Shown here one piece after another: positions 8,793 to 18,201 of a stretch of DNA of 64,000 nucleotides. Source of the stretch: Minisyncoccota bacterium (lineage in GTDB: Bacteria; Patescibacteriota; Minisyncoccia; Phycocordibacterales; JBAZVT01); NCBI GenBank assembly GCA_041660745.1, contig JBAZVT010000001.1:4377-68376 (forward strand). The letters are read 5' to 3'. How positions within the stretch are numbered: the stretch's first letter is position 1; each line of letters opens with the position of its first letter. Below the pieces are notes generated by a model. The model worked only from the letters and a program-made list of their open reading frames with translations. It was not told where the DNA came from and did no database searches. The position numbers and the translations under genes are program-made.

Positions 8793-11635
8793 AGCCCACC
8801 CCGTTGTTTGGACAGTTGTTCGGCGACCATCAACACCGCCTCCAGTTCCGTGCAGCCGTGCTGGCGCATCAAGGCTGCACGCTGCGCCTTTTCCTCTTTC
8901 TCGGTCATGCCCAAGGCCAGGGCAATGGCGGGCGGGACATTCCTGAACAAGGCCGCCAAATGGTCGGTGAGCACCACGCCTTCGGTATATTGGCCGGGTG
9001 ACTTACGCGCGGCCAACAGCAAGGCGGTCTGCTCTTCGGTCAGCTGCCGGAAGCGGCTGACTTGTTCGATCTCGTCTTTCGGCATCACCAGGCATAACCA
9101 CCATTCCAACATGGTCAGCATACGCCGGCTGGCATCGGGGAAGTCTTCCAGGTTTTGCGTGGCGATCCAGAACCAGGCGCCCAATTTACGCCACATTTTG
9201 GTGATTTTGATGACATAAGGCGCCAACAGCGGGTTGCTGGTGATGATGTGGCCTTCATCGGTGATCACCAAGGTTGGGCGCAGGTCGGCCTGATGTTGCT
9301 CAACCCGGTTGTTGATGGTGTTCATCAGCCCGATATAGGCCACCGTCAGCTTATCTTGGTAACCTTCGCGGGCCAGCAAGCCTAAGTCGACAATGGTGGC
9401 ATCCACATCCGGCCAAGCTTGGCCGGGGCGGTTGAACAGCTGTGCCTCAAAACTGCCGGGGCTGCAAAACAAAGCCAGGGCATCGGCCATTTCCTCGGCC
9501 CGCTCATTGCCGCGCACCGTGTTGCGGACTTGTTTGCGCAATGCCTGCTCGACATCCTCTGTCAGCACTTGCCCCCGGCCAGCCGCCTTGACCGCCAGTG
9601 CGGCCTCATAGATGGCTGTCCGGATCACGCGCCGGTCAGCACGGTGCAGACGGCTCTCCTCGCGTGCTTCGCCACCGGTGATCATGATGCGCGCAGAAAT
9701 CTCCATTTCCCCGAGGATATCACGTCCGTTGTCGTCATCCTGGGGCTCGGTACCGGGCTCCGGGCTGTCATCACCATTGCCGGGGTCGTCATCAAGGTCC
9801 AGTTCACCGGCCAAGGCCAGGTCCAGCTTTTTGGCATCCAGCAATTTCAGGGCATCAGCAAATGGCGGCAGGCTGACATCGGCGCTGGGGGTGATACGCA
9901 CGGCATTGACCGTCAACGCCAAGGACTTCAGGTAGTCACCCAACAGGCCGAAGGAATTGCCCGACTCAATCAAGAAGATGCGCGGGCGGTACATCGCCAA
10001 CAGCGACAGGATCATATACACCAGGGTCGCCGATTTGCCTGACCCGGTCGGCCCGATCAGCAATAAATGGCCGTTCTTTTTACGGTCGTACAAATTCAGG
10101 GGGTCAAACAGCAAGGGCTCACCGCCCCGGTTAAAAAACAGCAGCCCGGGGTTGCCGGTGCCCACCGAGCGCCCATAAAACGGTGCCAGGCTGGCGATCT
10201 GTTTGCTGAACACATAGCGCGAGCGGTGCAACTGCTTGGTGTCAAAATGCGGGTCATAATTCATCGGCAGGTTCTGCAGGTAGCTGTCCAGGGGCGACAG
10301 GTCGTCCTGCACCCGGATCGGCTGCAGGTTGTTGCCCAGCAGCAAGGCATTGACGCTGTTGGTCTTGTGCTGGATGTCGTCAACGTCCACGCCGCGTAGG
10401 TACAGTGCCATCTGCAGGGGGTAGAGCTTGTTGCCGCGGGCCACGGCATGCTGTGCCAAATTGGCATCGTGGGCGGCAATCTGGGCGTCGGCATAATCGC
10501 CGAAGGCGGCCTTCTCGAGCTTGAGCAGATGGCTGCGCGTGCTGTCCTGCGGCTTCAGGGTGATAGTCAAGGCCAACACCGTGTGCTCAGGCATGCGGTC
10601 GAACAGGGCAAACACCTTGTCGTCATCGGCACGCTCATGTGTCATCAGCCCAAATGGTGGTGCTTGTTTCAAGTTTTGCAGGACTACCACCCGGTGCGGC
10701 AGGTTGTCAAACCACCACAGCCCTGCGCCGGGGTCGGCCACCGGCGGGGTGGCCAGCAGCTGTTCGCTAAAATCCCAACCATAAGGCTGGGCCTCCCCGT
10801 CCGTCGCCCCAGGGTAGCGCGACAAGCCCAGGTAGGCGTCGACATCCCCGCCGGTGGTTTCAGGGCAGGGGTTGAACCAGGGCAATAGCCAATCATGCAG
10901 GTCCTGGCCGGTGTAACGGCGCATCCTGATGCCGGTGGCTTCAAGGCCGGCGGCCAGGCGGGCATAGGTTTCCTGGGTTTCCTGCACCAGTTTGTCCAGG
11001 CTTTTCAGGTGCTCCGAGGTCAACCCCCGGCCACTGTTGGCATGCGGGCGGTATAAGGTGCCACGCACCTTGCGCTCCTTGCCCTGCCAGCTGGCGCCGG
11101 TGACCAGGCGGTCGACAAACAGGCCGCCCGGGCGTGACACCTCCTGCAAATGGTTGTCCATAACCTTGAGCCAGGCCTCGGTAAAGGCGGTGCCCTTGGC
11201 GGCCGGTTGGGCATACTTGGCCAAGTCCTGGCCAAAGCGTTCCAGGCGGGGCTCATCCTGCACATACAATTGCAGGACCCAGGGCTCATCGTGTTCCGGG
11301 ATGGCCGAACTGAGCACGGTCTGCAGCTGGTCGCGCAGCTTCATGAGCCAGTTGGCCGGCCGCGCTTCGGTGCTTACCGGGCGCAGTTCAAAGGCTACGC
11401 CCACGCTGCGGCCATCGGCCAACAGCATGAGTTGCTGTTGTTCGTCAAACTCCAGCCAGGGCAGGTAATTGGTGAATGAGGGCGGACGCTCGTAAAGCTG
11501 GCGCATTTGCGCCTCGGTGACCGGGCGGTCGCTGCGGCGGCGGCCATAAGCCTGCTTGGCCGTGGCGGCCTCGGCCTGGCCGTTGCTGTCTTGGGGTTTT
11601 GTGGCTTTGCCACCAAAAAACGGCATGGCCATCAC
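8789..11635 (-). CDS. Conjugative transfer ATPase, VirB4/TraC family (PFL_4706 class).
   Basis: 948-aa ORF. Walker A LLIGPTGSGKSATLVYMIL; Walker B/DEGH region LVITDEGHIITSN. Size and position are typical of ICE VirB4. Confidence 0.8.
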   Translation of the reverse strand: MMAMPFFGGKATKPQDSNGQAEAATAKQAYGRRRSDRPVTEAQMRQLYERPPSFTNYLPWLEFDEQQQLMLLADGRSVGVAFELRPVSTEARPANWLMKLRDQLQTVLSSAIPEHDEPWVLQLYVQDEPRLERFGQDLAKYAQPAAKGTAFTEAWLKVMDNHLQEVSRPGGLFVDRLVTGASWQGKERKVRGTLYRPHANSGRGLTSEHLKSLDKLVQETQETYARLAAGLEATGIRMRRYTGQDLHDWLLPWFNPCPETTGGDVDAYLGLSRYPGATDGEAQPYGWDFSEQLLATPPVADPGAGLWWFDNLPHRVVVLQNLKQAPPFGLMTHERADDDKVFALFDRMPEHTVLALTITLKPQDSTRSHLLKLEKAAFGDYADAQIAAHDANLAQHAVARGNKLYPLQMALYLRGVDVDDIQHKTNSVNALLLGNNLQPIRVQDDLSPLDSYLQNLPMNYDPHFDTKQLHRSRYVFSKQIASLAPFYGRSVGTGNPGLLFFNRGGEPLLFDPLNLYDRKKNGHLLLIGPTGSGKSATLVYMILSLLAMYRPRIFLIESGNSFGLLGDYLKSLALTVNAVRITPSADVSLPPFADALKLLDAKKLDLALAGELDLDDDPGNGDDSPEPGTEPQDDDNGRDILGEMEISARIMITGGEAREESRLHRADRRVIRTAIYEAALAVKAAGRGQVLTEDVEQALRKQVRNTVRGNERAEEMADALALFCSPGSFEAQLFNRPGQAWPDVDATIVDLGLLAREGYQDKLTVAYIGLMNTINNRVEQHQADLRPTLVITDEGHIITSNPLLAPYVIKITKMWRKLGAWFWIATQNLEDFPDASRRMLTMLEWWLCLVMPKDEIEQVSRFRQLTEEQTALLLAARKSPGQYTEGVVLTDHLAALFRNVPPAIALALGMTEKEEKAQRAALMRQHGCTELEAVLMVAEQLSKQRGGL

Positions 11636-12081
11636 TCACCGCCTTCGGCTTCACCGGGCAAAGCATATTCGGCTTTCTCATACATCGGGAAACTGGTGGC
11701 ATAACCCGGCACTGGCCGTCGGCCTGCGGCCAAATGCGGGAACACATACATGACCAGGGCCGGGTTCGGCAGGCGCGGGAACAAGGCCTCAGTCTCGTTG
11801 TCGGCGGCACGGCTATAACCGGCCAGGTTGCCGGTGCTGAAGCCTGGCCCGCCAGCGCCGACTTGGGCACGGGCGGCGGGCAGGCTGGCCTGGTTGCGCT
11901 GAAAATGCGCGGCATAAATGTCCTGGATGGAGGCACCTTCCTGGGGCAGGATCGACTCCTTGTCCCCCAACAGGCTGCAGCCCGGCAAGGCCAGCAGGCA
12001 CAGCAGGTAAAGCCCAGGCCGGCCTGGGTCAGTCCAATGGGCTGGTGCTGGCGGGGCTGGGGATTTTAGGTTTGCGTGCAT
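11632..12081 (-). CDS. ICE conjugal transfer lipoprotein.
   Basis: 149-aa ORF with a lipobox (LLALPGCSLLG). In the operon upstream of the VirB4-like gene. Confidence 0.5.
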   Translation of the reverse strand: MHANLKSPAPPAPAHWTDPGRPGLYLLCLLALPGCSLLGDKESILPQEGASIQDIYAAHFQRNQASLPAARAQVGAGGPGFSTGNLAGYSRAADNETEALFPRLPNPALVMYVFPHLAAGRRPVPGYATSFPMYEKAEYALPGEAEGGE

Positions 12082-13549
12082 AGGTTAATTTCCTGCCGTT
12101 AGGCTCAAGGTCGATGGGGAGTTCGCGGTCGATATGCAGCACAATTTCAGCGCCGCTGTCGACAAACACGACATCATAATTTTGGGTTTGCCGGTCGGCG
12201 ATGGCCTGTGCTAGCTCATCGGCGCCACCGGCGGCCAGTGAGCCTAAGGCGAACTGGTTGGCATTGCCGGTGACGCCACTGGTGACCCCGCCGGTCAACG
12301 GCGAACTGGTGACCGTGGCCTGTGAGCGGGCGTAGGCGGCACCGGCCGCACCGATGGCACGGGCTAGGAAGCGCCCGCCCAGGTATTGCACGGCATTGGA
12401 AATCCGGCTGCCGGTGACACACGGGATACCGCGCCGGTCCGAGATAAAGCCTAAGGACGGCACACTTTGCCCGCCCCTGCCTTGCCCGTTGGCGGTGCCA
12501 GTATTGCTGGCCTGGCCGCTGCCTTGGGTGCTGGGGTTTTGCCCGACCGCCAAGGCGCTGTCACGGCTTTTATTGGCCAGGCTTTGGTCATCCGACGACA
12601 AGGTGCGGATGGTGCCGTCTTCAAACACAAAGGTCACCGAATGTACCGTGCCGCGCACGCAGGACAGTGCCCAGTCACCTAGAGCCGTACCGGAAAAGAC
12701 CATGCCGTCCAGGCCCGGGATGTCCAGGCCATTGGCGGCCAAATTATCGCTGCCGACGATGACCTTAAACGGGAATGGATCATCGACATTGCCTTTGATT
12801 GGGATGCGCCCGACCAATGCGGTCAGGCCGGTGCTGCCCAACAGGGTGGCGTTGCGCGGCACGGTATAGACTGGCTCCGGTAAGTTGGCGCTGTTAGCGG
12901 CACCAGCCTGACCGGAACCTGCGGGCAGGCCACCTGGGAGATGGCTGGCCAGCACGGAATTGTCGGCTAACCCGTGCAGCACGCCGCCGTTGGGGGCCTC
13001 GAACGGCAGCGATAATTTGTCCTTCAGCCCGGACACCTTGCTGCCAAATTGCGCCAGCAGGCTGGTGTTGTTTATCGGCTCGATGATGATGTTGCCGGGT
13101 TGGCCCTGCCCGCTGGCCTCGGGGTCGACGGCATTGCCAGCCAAGCCGTTGCTGTTGGCGGCGCCGGTGGCATTGAGGCGTTGCCCAAGCTCATCCATAC
13201 GCTGGAAAATGGTGGCCAAGGCCGGTGCCTGCTGTGCTTGTACGGTTTTGTCCAGGTCGCGGCGCACTTGGTCGGCGATCTCAAGGCTCATGCTGTCCTT
13301 TTTGAGCTGTGCCGCCTCATTGGCGGTGCGCAGGCGTTCCGCTTCCAGTTTCATATCGGCGACCTGGGCGGTCAGTGCCCTGAGCGTGTCGGCCGGGCCA
13401 TCGGCATCAGCCACCGCCGTGGCCGGTGCCAGCGTTTGCGCGGTGGCCTCCACGGACGGTTTGGTGCAGGCTTTGACGCCGACCACCAGGGCGATCACCA
13501 ACAGCAGGATGCCGAGTACCGGCAGTAACTTGTTGGCGTTAAAATCCAT
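12029..13549 (-). CDS. ICE T4SS protein, TraB/VirB10-like (PFGI-1 class).
   Basis: About 506 aa. N-terminal TM (LLPVLGILLLVIALVVGV), coiled-coil region, Gly/Ala-rich linker and C-terminal beta domain. Start chosen at MDFNANK to avoid overlap. Confidence 0.5.
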   Translation of the reverse strand: MDFNANKLLPVLGILLLVIALVVGVKACTKPSVEATAQTLAPATAVADADGPADTLRALTAQVADMKLEAERLRTANEAAQLKKDSMSLEIADQVRRDLDKTVQAQQAPALATIFQRMDELGQRLNATGAANSNGLAGNAVDPEASGQGQPGNIIIEPINNTSLLAQFGSKVSGLKDKLSLPFEAPNGGVLHGLADNSVLASHLPGGLPAGSGQAGAANSANLPEPVYTVPRNATLLGSTGLTALVGRIPIKGNVDDPFPFKVIVGSDNLAANGLDIPGLDGMVFSGTALGDWALSCVRGTVHSVTFVFEDGTIRTLSSDDQSLANKSRDSALAVGQNPSTQGSGQASNTGTANGQGRGGQSVPSLGFISDRRGIPCVTGSRISNAVQYLGGRFLARAIGAAGAAYARSQATVTSSPLTGGVTSGVTGNANQFALGSLAAGGADELAQAIADRQTQNYDVVFVDSGAEIVLHIDRELPIDLEPNGRKLTYARKPKIPSPASTSPLD

Positions 13550-14396
13550 GCAGGCTGTCCTCAAACGGTTGCTGGCTGATCAGGTAGGCGGCGGTGGTGT
13601 CGCGTGGCTGGCCTTGGGGCTTGAGCAAATTATGCTGGAAACAGGCGCTCAGCCAGCGCCCGCGCAAAGTCCTGGGGTCAAGCACCAGCTCGGCCGAGGA
13701 CTGGTTGACCAGTTTTACCGCGGTGATGTACAGCCCCCCTGAACGCCAGGCGGCGATGGCGCTGGCGGTAACCGGGATATTGTGGAACAGGTCACCGGTC
13801 GGGCTGCTGTGCACGCCTGCCGGATACACGCCAGCGGGCAAGGCCAGCAGGCGTGCCGGGGCATACAGTTGTTGGGCGGCCATTTGTGTCAGGCTGGTGT
13901 AATCCGGTGCTGGCGGTACGGTTGCCACCTGTGCTGGGCTGGGCGGGGGCACGGCCTCGGGCTTAGCTGCCCCGGCGGTGGGGACGCCCACGGCAATACG
14001 GGTGCTGTCTTTGAATTCGGGGGAGGCAACCAAGTCCAGCAAATACACGTTGCCGTTGTTAAGGTCATGGACTTGCACGCGTTGTTTGTCAAAAGCCGCC
14101 AAGGCCAGCCAATAAATCGTGCCGGCACCGGCATCCACCACGATTTGGCTGCGCAGCACGCTGGCATTGAGCCCGGGCGGCAGTTCCGCGCGCACTGGCG
14201 TGTCAAACACCACCAGGCGTTCCTGGTTGACCGGCAGTTGGATTTCGATCGGCTGTTTGTCCCAAACCCGGTGCTCCACCGGCGCTGCCGGGGGGCTGAA
14301 GCCAGCCGGCAAGGCGGCCGCCTTGGGTGTAGGCCCTGGCCAGGCCAGGGCCGGCACTAACAGTAACAGGGCAGCTGCCCAGTATGGCGTCATCAT
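13539..14396 (-). CDS. ICE T4SS periplasmic protein (VirB9-like position), PFGI-1 class.
   Basis: 285-aa ORF with a signal peptide (MMTPYWAAALLLLVPALAWP) and a Pro-rich linker. Confidence 0.45.
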   Translation of the reverse strand: MMTPYWAAALLLLVPALAWPGPTPKAAALPAGFSPPAAPVEHRVWDKQPIEIQLPVNQERLVVFDTPVRAELPPGLNASVLRSQIVVDAGAGTIYWLALAAFDKQRVQVHDLNNGNVYLLDLVASPEFKDSTRIAVGVPTAGAAKPEAVPPPSPAQVATVPPAPDYTSLTQMAAQQLYAPARLLALPAGVYPAGVHSSPTGDLFHNIPVTASAIAAWRSGGLYITAVKLVNQSSAELVLDPRTLRGRWLSACFQHNLLKPQGQPRDTTAAYLISQQPFEDSLHGF

Positions 14397-14398
14397 GG

Positions 14399-15094
14399 TT
14401 ACTCCAAGCTCGTTGTTGCTTTGGCCGGGTTGGCCGCGGTATCGGGTTCGGCAAGCAGGCGGCTAGGCCCTGGCGGGTCATAGCCGTCCAAGGCCAAACC
14501 CCATTCGTTAAGGTTGGCGTCGACGTCATAGCTGACTACCCTGAGCGGGTAGCTGACATTAATGGATTTGACCGTGGCGCTTTTGACCGTCTCATCGATA
14601 TGCAGGTCCAGCAGTACCGTCCAGCTGCCGCCGCCATGTACCAGCACCCGTCCAGGTGCGTAGTTGTGGCCGGGCACCGGCATCATGGTGCGCCCGCGGC
14701 CGGTGAGCTCATCAACGGAGACGCCGCCGTTGTCGATCGGTGACTTGATCCGGTGTTTTGAGTCATCCACCAGCTGGGCATAATAGCGCGGCGTCAGGTA
14801 GGGCTTGACGCTCTCTATGGCTTTAGGGTAATCCTGGGCACCGTCGGCTTGCCAGTGATTGATGACCTGGATGATGGACAGGGCAAAGGCATAAATGTCG
14901 GCAGGCTTAGGGTCGTTGGGCCGGACCACGGCGCCTTGGCGCAAATCCGGCGGCAGATGGATGCGGATGCCTGACCTGGCCCTGTCCCAGCCGAAGGCCA
15001 GGGCCAGGCAGACCAGCAGCAGGGCGGCAATCACCCAGCGTAAGGTGGTGATATGGTCATCCAGGTTGTAAAGTTGGTTGCGTTTGCTGGGCAT
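14399..15094 (-). CDS. ICE T4SS protein (VirB8-like position), PFGI-1 class.
   Basis: ORF 14399..15169; probable start MPSKRNQ at 15094. Single N-terminal TM (WVIAALLLVCLALAFGW) followed by a periplasmic domain. Confidence 0.45.
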   Translation of the reverse strand: MPSKRNQLYNLDDHITTLRWVIAALLLVCLALAFGWDRARSGIRIHLPPDLRQGAVVRPNDPKPADIYAFALSIIQVINHWQADGAQDYPKAIESVKPYLTPRYYAQLVDDSKHRIKSPIDNGGVSVDELTGRGRTMMPVPGHNYAPGRVLVHGGGSWTVLLDLHIDETVKSATVKSINVSYPLRVVSYDVDANLNEWGLALDGYDPPGPSRLLAEPDTAANPAKATTSLE

Positions 15095-15099
15095 GTGGC

Positions 15100-15474
15100 T
15101 TAACCCGGTGCTTGCCAGGTCCGGCCTAGGTGCATCCTGCCCTTGAACAGGAGCAGGCCACTGTCGCAAAGGTGCAACCGCTGCAAGAGCAGGTTCATCC
15201 TAGCCTGGTAATAAAAGTCCGGCTTGCCGCGCTTAAGCCGCTGCAGCAGCTTGCCGCCGCCCGCGACCAGGGCGATGGCAAACAGCAGGCCACCACCCAG
15301 CAAGGCCATGCCCTTATTGAGCAGCAATCCGATGGTGCAGGCCAACGGGAACGACACCAAACAGGCCACTTTGATGGCCAGCATCAGCTCACTGTCGGTA
15401 TAGCCCATGAACACCACTGGCTCCTGGTTCAGGCGCTCGGCCAGCAAGTCGTCATCGTCAGCGCCGGACATCAT
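15100..15474 (-). CDS. ICE small membrane protein.
   Basis: 124-aa ORF with two TM helices, in the transfer operon. Confidence 0.45.
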   Translation of the reverse strand: MMSGADDDDLLAERLNQEPVVFMGYTDSELMLAIKVACLVSFPLACTIGLLLNKGMALLGGGLLFAIALVAGGGKLLQRLKRGKPDFYYQARMNLLLQRLHLCDSGLLLFKGRMHLGRTWQAPG

Positions 15475-15839
15475 ATGATGTTAGAGGCTTGGGTTGCCAA
15501 AAACACCACGAGCAACAGCACGGCACCGCCGGACACGATGCCGACGGCCAGTTGCCCGATCTCCTTGCGGCCGGTGCGCACTTCGTGCAGGTCTTGCAGG
15601 ACATGCGAGGCGATCCAGAACAGGCCGCCGGCACTCAGCAGCAGGCCGAGCACGACGGCGGCATCGCGAGCATAACCTTGGAAACTATTCAGGTAACTGC
15701 TGTTGACCGCACCGCCGTTAGGCGGGGTGACAATTGGTAAGGCGGCCAAGGCCGGGTGGCTGGACAGCATCAGGCAAGCTAAGGCCAAGCCAATGTGGGA
15801 CAGGGATATGTGGTGGTTGTTGATCTTGGGCATATGCAT
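15471..15839 (-). CDS. ICE small membrane protein (pilin-like position).
   Basis: 122-aa ORF. Signal peptide (LALACLMLSSHPALAA) and two C-terminal TM helices. Confidence 0.45.
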   Translation of the reverse strand: MHMPKINNHHISLSHIGLALACLMLSSHPALAALPIVTPPNGGAVNSSYLNSFQGYARDAAVVLGLLLSAGGLFWIASHVLQDLHEVRTGRKEIGQLAVGIVSGGAVLLLVVFLATQASNII

Positions 15840-15860
15840 ATTAACTCCGGGTAGGGTTGT

Positions 15861-16181
15861 TTATTGGCGGTAATCGCCAGATAAGGGTTCGAACTTGCGC
15901 GGTTCCGTGCTGGGTGCTATGAGATACTCACGCAGGCCTTGTTTGATGCGCTCCAGGTCCTGCTCCAGCCAGCTATAGTTGAGCCGGATACGGGTGTCGG
16001 CCAGGGCTTTGTCCTGGGCGTCACGGACTAACGGCGCCAAGGCGTCCAGCTCATGGATAAGCCGGGCCAGGGCGGCCTTCTCTGCATCGTTGCTGGCCGC
16101 CAAGGCTGGCAACGCCAGGCTGCACAGCAACAAGGCCAGTGGGTATTTAAGCAAGGGTGTCATCGTCATCGCGCTCCTCAT
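15861..16181 (-). CDS. ICE protein, RAQPRD-like family.
   Basis: 106-aa secreted protein (signal LLCSLALPALAA; LVRDAQD motif). First gene of the second transfer operon, preceded by the conserved box at 16281-16312. Confidence 0.45.
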   Translation of the reverse strand: MRSAMTMTPLLKYPLALLLCSLALPALAASNDAEKAALARLIHELDALAPLVRDAQDKALADTRIRLNYSWLEQDLERIKQGLREYLIAPSTEPRKFEPLSGDYRQ

Positions 16182-16280
16182 GGGTTTTGGGCACCGGCTA
16201 GGCCCTGGGTTAAAACAGAGGGGGGGATGGGCTTTGCCGGTGCGTGACCATGATTAAAAAATCACCGGCGCAATGCAAGG

Positions 16281-16312
16281 ATCAACCGTCTACCCATTGC
16301 ATGCGATTAAAT
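16281..16312. promoter_or_regulatory. Conserved 32-bp box ATCAACCGTCTACCCATTGCATGCGATTAAAT upstream of the RAQPRD-led transfer operon; second copy at 24469-24500.
   Basis: 30/32 nt identical to 24469-24500. Both lie 65-100 bp upstream of the first gene of a long minus-strand ICE operon. Each is flanked by a TGATT-N-AATCA inverted repeat (16247-16260 and 24455-24470). Confidence 0.55.
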
Positions 16313-16551
16313 ACAAACCCGGGTAAAGGCTATAAGGTGTTGTTATTATTTTGTTATTTAGGGGATTTGAAAAGCTATGCGGGGTTTAGGTTAGGATGGG
16401 GTGGTCTTCTACATGGTCACCTATTTCTGGGGGTTATCTTTTTACAGGGCTTTAAACGGGGATTAGAATTAAAGAATGTTGGCAGTACATAAACAAAATG
16501 GGGTGACGAGCCAATTAGCCAATAGTTTTTTTCGTTAGCCATTTATGTGAG

Positions 16552-17286
16552 TTATTGAGCGATGGGCATGTCATCCCAAACACGACCATGTAACTCCCGG
16601 CCATTCTCTTTTTTGGCCCGTTTTTTTCCGTCAGCACCCCAACCACCCCATTGTTTGAAAAAAAAGGCGACATTTTTCTCTTCACATTGTAATCTAATTT
16701 CGTCTACCCATTCTTTTTGCATGGGCCGTGCTTTGGGGCCAGATTCACCACCAACAATTACCCAATGTATTCCAGTTAGGTCGATGTTCCCCAAATTTTC
16801 AAGCAATGGTTCAACTGATAAAAAGCGTACACTGGCATTCACCAGACGTAAGCTATCTATTCTAGGAAGCCCAAAAGTGAGATCTTCAACAGAAACCCCA
16901 AGCCATACATTTTTCGGGCATTCCCTATTTGAAAAAAAGCGGGGTAATCTTTCTGCCCTTTTAGTGAGAATTTGGTACGTGTGTTGTGGCGTTTTATGTA
17001 TTACAGAAAAGACTTCATCTAAAAAGCTGTCAGGGATGTCATCATGAAACAAATCACTCATGGAGTTGACGAAATAGATGGTCGGTTTTTTTCTTTTTAG
17101 TGGTTGGGTTAGCCTGTAACTATGGATTGCGAGTTGGAAACCATTTGCATATCCCCGCGCGTCCATTGCTTTGAGCCTGATTGCCATTGTTTCTGCATAA
17201 CAATGCTTACAACCGGGTGATATTTTTGTACACCCTGTCGTAGGGTTCCACGTTTGTTCAGTCCATTCTATATTTGACATGTTCAT
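16552..17286 (-). CDS. Phage Gp37/Gp68 family protein (DUF5131, three-Cys motif).
   Basis: 244-aa ORF, MNMSNIEWTEQTWNPTTGCTKISPGCKHCYAE. About 40% GC in a 63% GC ICE backbone. Flanked by AT-rich DNA on both sides. Confidence 0.6.
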   Translation of the reverse strand: MNMSNIEWTEQTWNPTTGCTKISPGCKHCYAETMAIRLKAMDARGYANGFQLAIHSYRLTQPLKRKKPTIYFVNSMSDLFHDDIPDSFLDEVFSVIHKTPQHTYQILTKRAERLPRFFSNRECPKNVWLGVSVEDLTFGLPRIDSLRLVNASVRFLSVEPLLENLGNIDLTGIHWVIVGGESGPKARPMQKEWVDEIRLQCEEKNVAFFFKQWGGWGADGKKRAKKENGRELHGRVWDDMPIAQ

Positions 17287-17433
17287 AGAGTCTCGTTTAT
17301 TTACGCCTTTGCAGCTGTTTTACATCACTGAACCTTTCAAAAATTAAGATCAAGGCCATCCCCTAAAATTATTAATGCTCAAAAAAGCTTGTTTAAATGA
17401 CTTAAAAATACCATTGTAGCCATCCATAATGGG

Positions 17434-18201
17434 CTAAAAATACTTCTTAAAGGTTGACGTGGTGACTGCGACAACAATGCCGACAAACAGCGCAAAGGGC
17501 AGGATGATCAGGTAGGGGTGTACAGTATCCGGCCAGGCCAGGTAAATGATCCAGGGCAGCGTCAACCCCGGCGCTACCAGGCTTTTCGCCAGATGGTAGC
17601 GCTGGCCTAGTTCACGCCCGCCCCGCCAGCGGTTAAGGTCACGCTGGACGATGCCGTCGATGGCCCCCACCAAGCCGGCCAGGACAAACACCGGGATGGA
17701 TAGGAACAGCACGGTTAAGCGTAAGGCATACACCTGGGTGGCAAACATCCCCGCCAACAGGTATTCATAGGTGCCATCAAGCACTTGGCCACTGAGCTTT
17801 TGGTATAAATTGGCCGGCGCCTTGGCGGCGGCACGCTTTTCCCGCTGCTGCCCCAGCATGGCCAGGCCGGTGGTGATGCCGGTCTTCACAAATAGGTTGG
17901 TATGCAGCCCGGCCGCGACACTGAGCGCCAATTCGGTGGGTTGGTGGCTGACGACACTGTCCTTAAGGTCCTGTTGCAGGTAGCTGACCTCCTTTTCCAA
18001 TAGCCGTTGGCTGTGCGCAGGCCCCTCGTGTGGCCAGATAAAGCTCATGCACAAGCATTCCACCACAATATTGCCAAATAAGCCGACCACCAGCCAAAAT
18101 GCAAACCCCAGCAGGCCGAACAATAAGGTGGCCACCGGCCCCCGTTTGACCGCAACCGGTGCCCCGCCACGGCTCGGGGTCTGGATGACTGAATCAGCCA
18201 T
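17434..18201 (-). CDS. ICE inner-membrane protein, PFGI-1 class.
   Basis: ORF 17434..18366; likely start MADSV at 18201, overlapping the TraD stop (ATGGCTGA). Multiple TM helices. Confidence 0.5.
   Translation of the reverse strand: MADSVIQTPSRGGAPVAVKRGPVATLLFGLLGFAFWLVVGLFGNIVVECLCMSFIWPHEGPAHSQRLLEKEVSYLQQDLKDSVVSHQPTELALSVAAGLHTNLFVKTGITTGLAMLGQQREKRAAAKAPANLYQKLSGQVLDGTYEYLLAGMFATQVYALRLTVLFLSIPVFVLAGLVGAIDGIVQRDLNRWRGGRELGQRYHLAKSLVAPGLTLPWIIYLAWPDTVHPYLIILPFALFVGIVVAVTTSTFKKYF

Noticed and set aside
9393-10399. Plus-strand ORFs 9419..10042, 9612..9935 and 10067..10399 inside the VirB4-like ATPase gene.
   Set aside because: Antisense to a 948-aa ORF with Walker motifs; composition-driven open frames.
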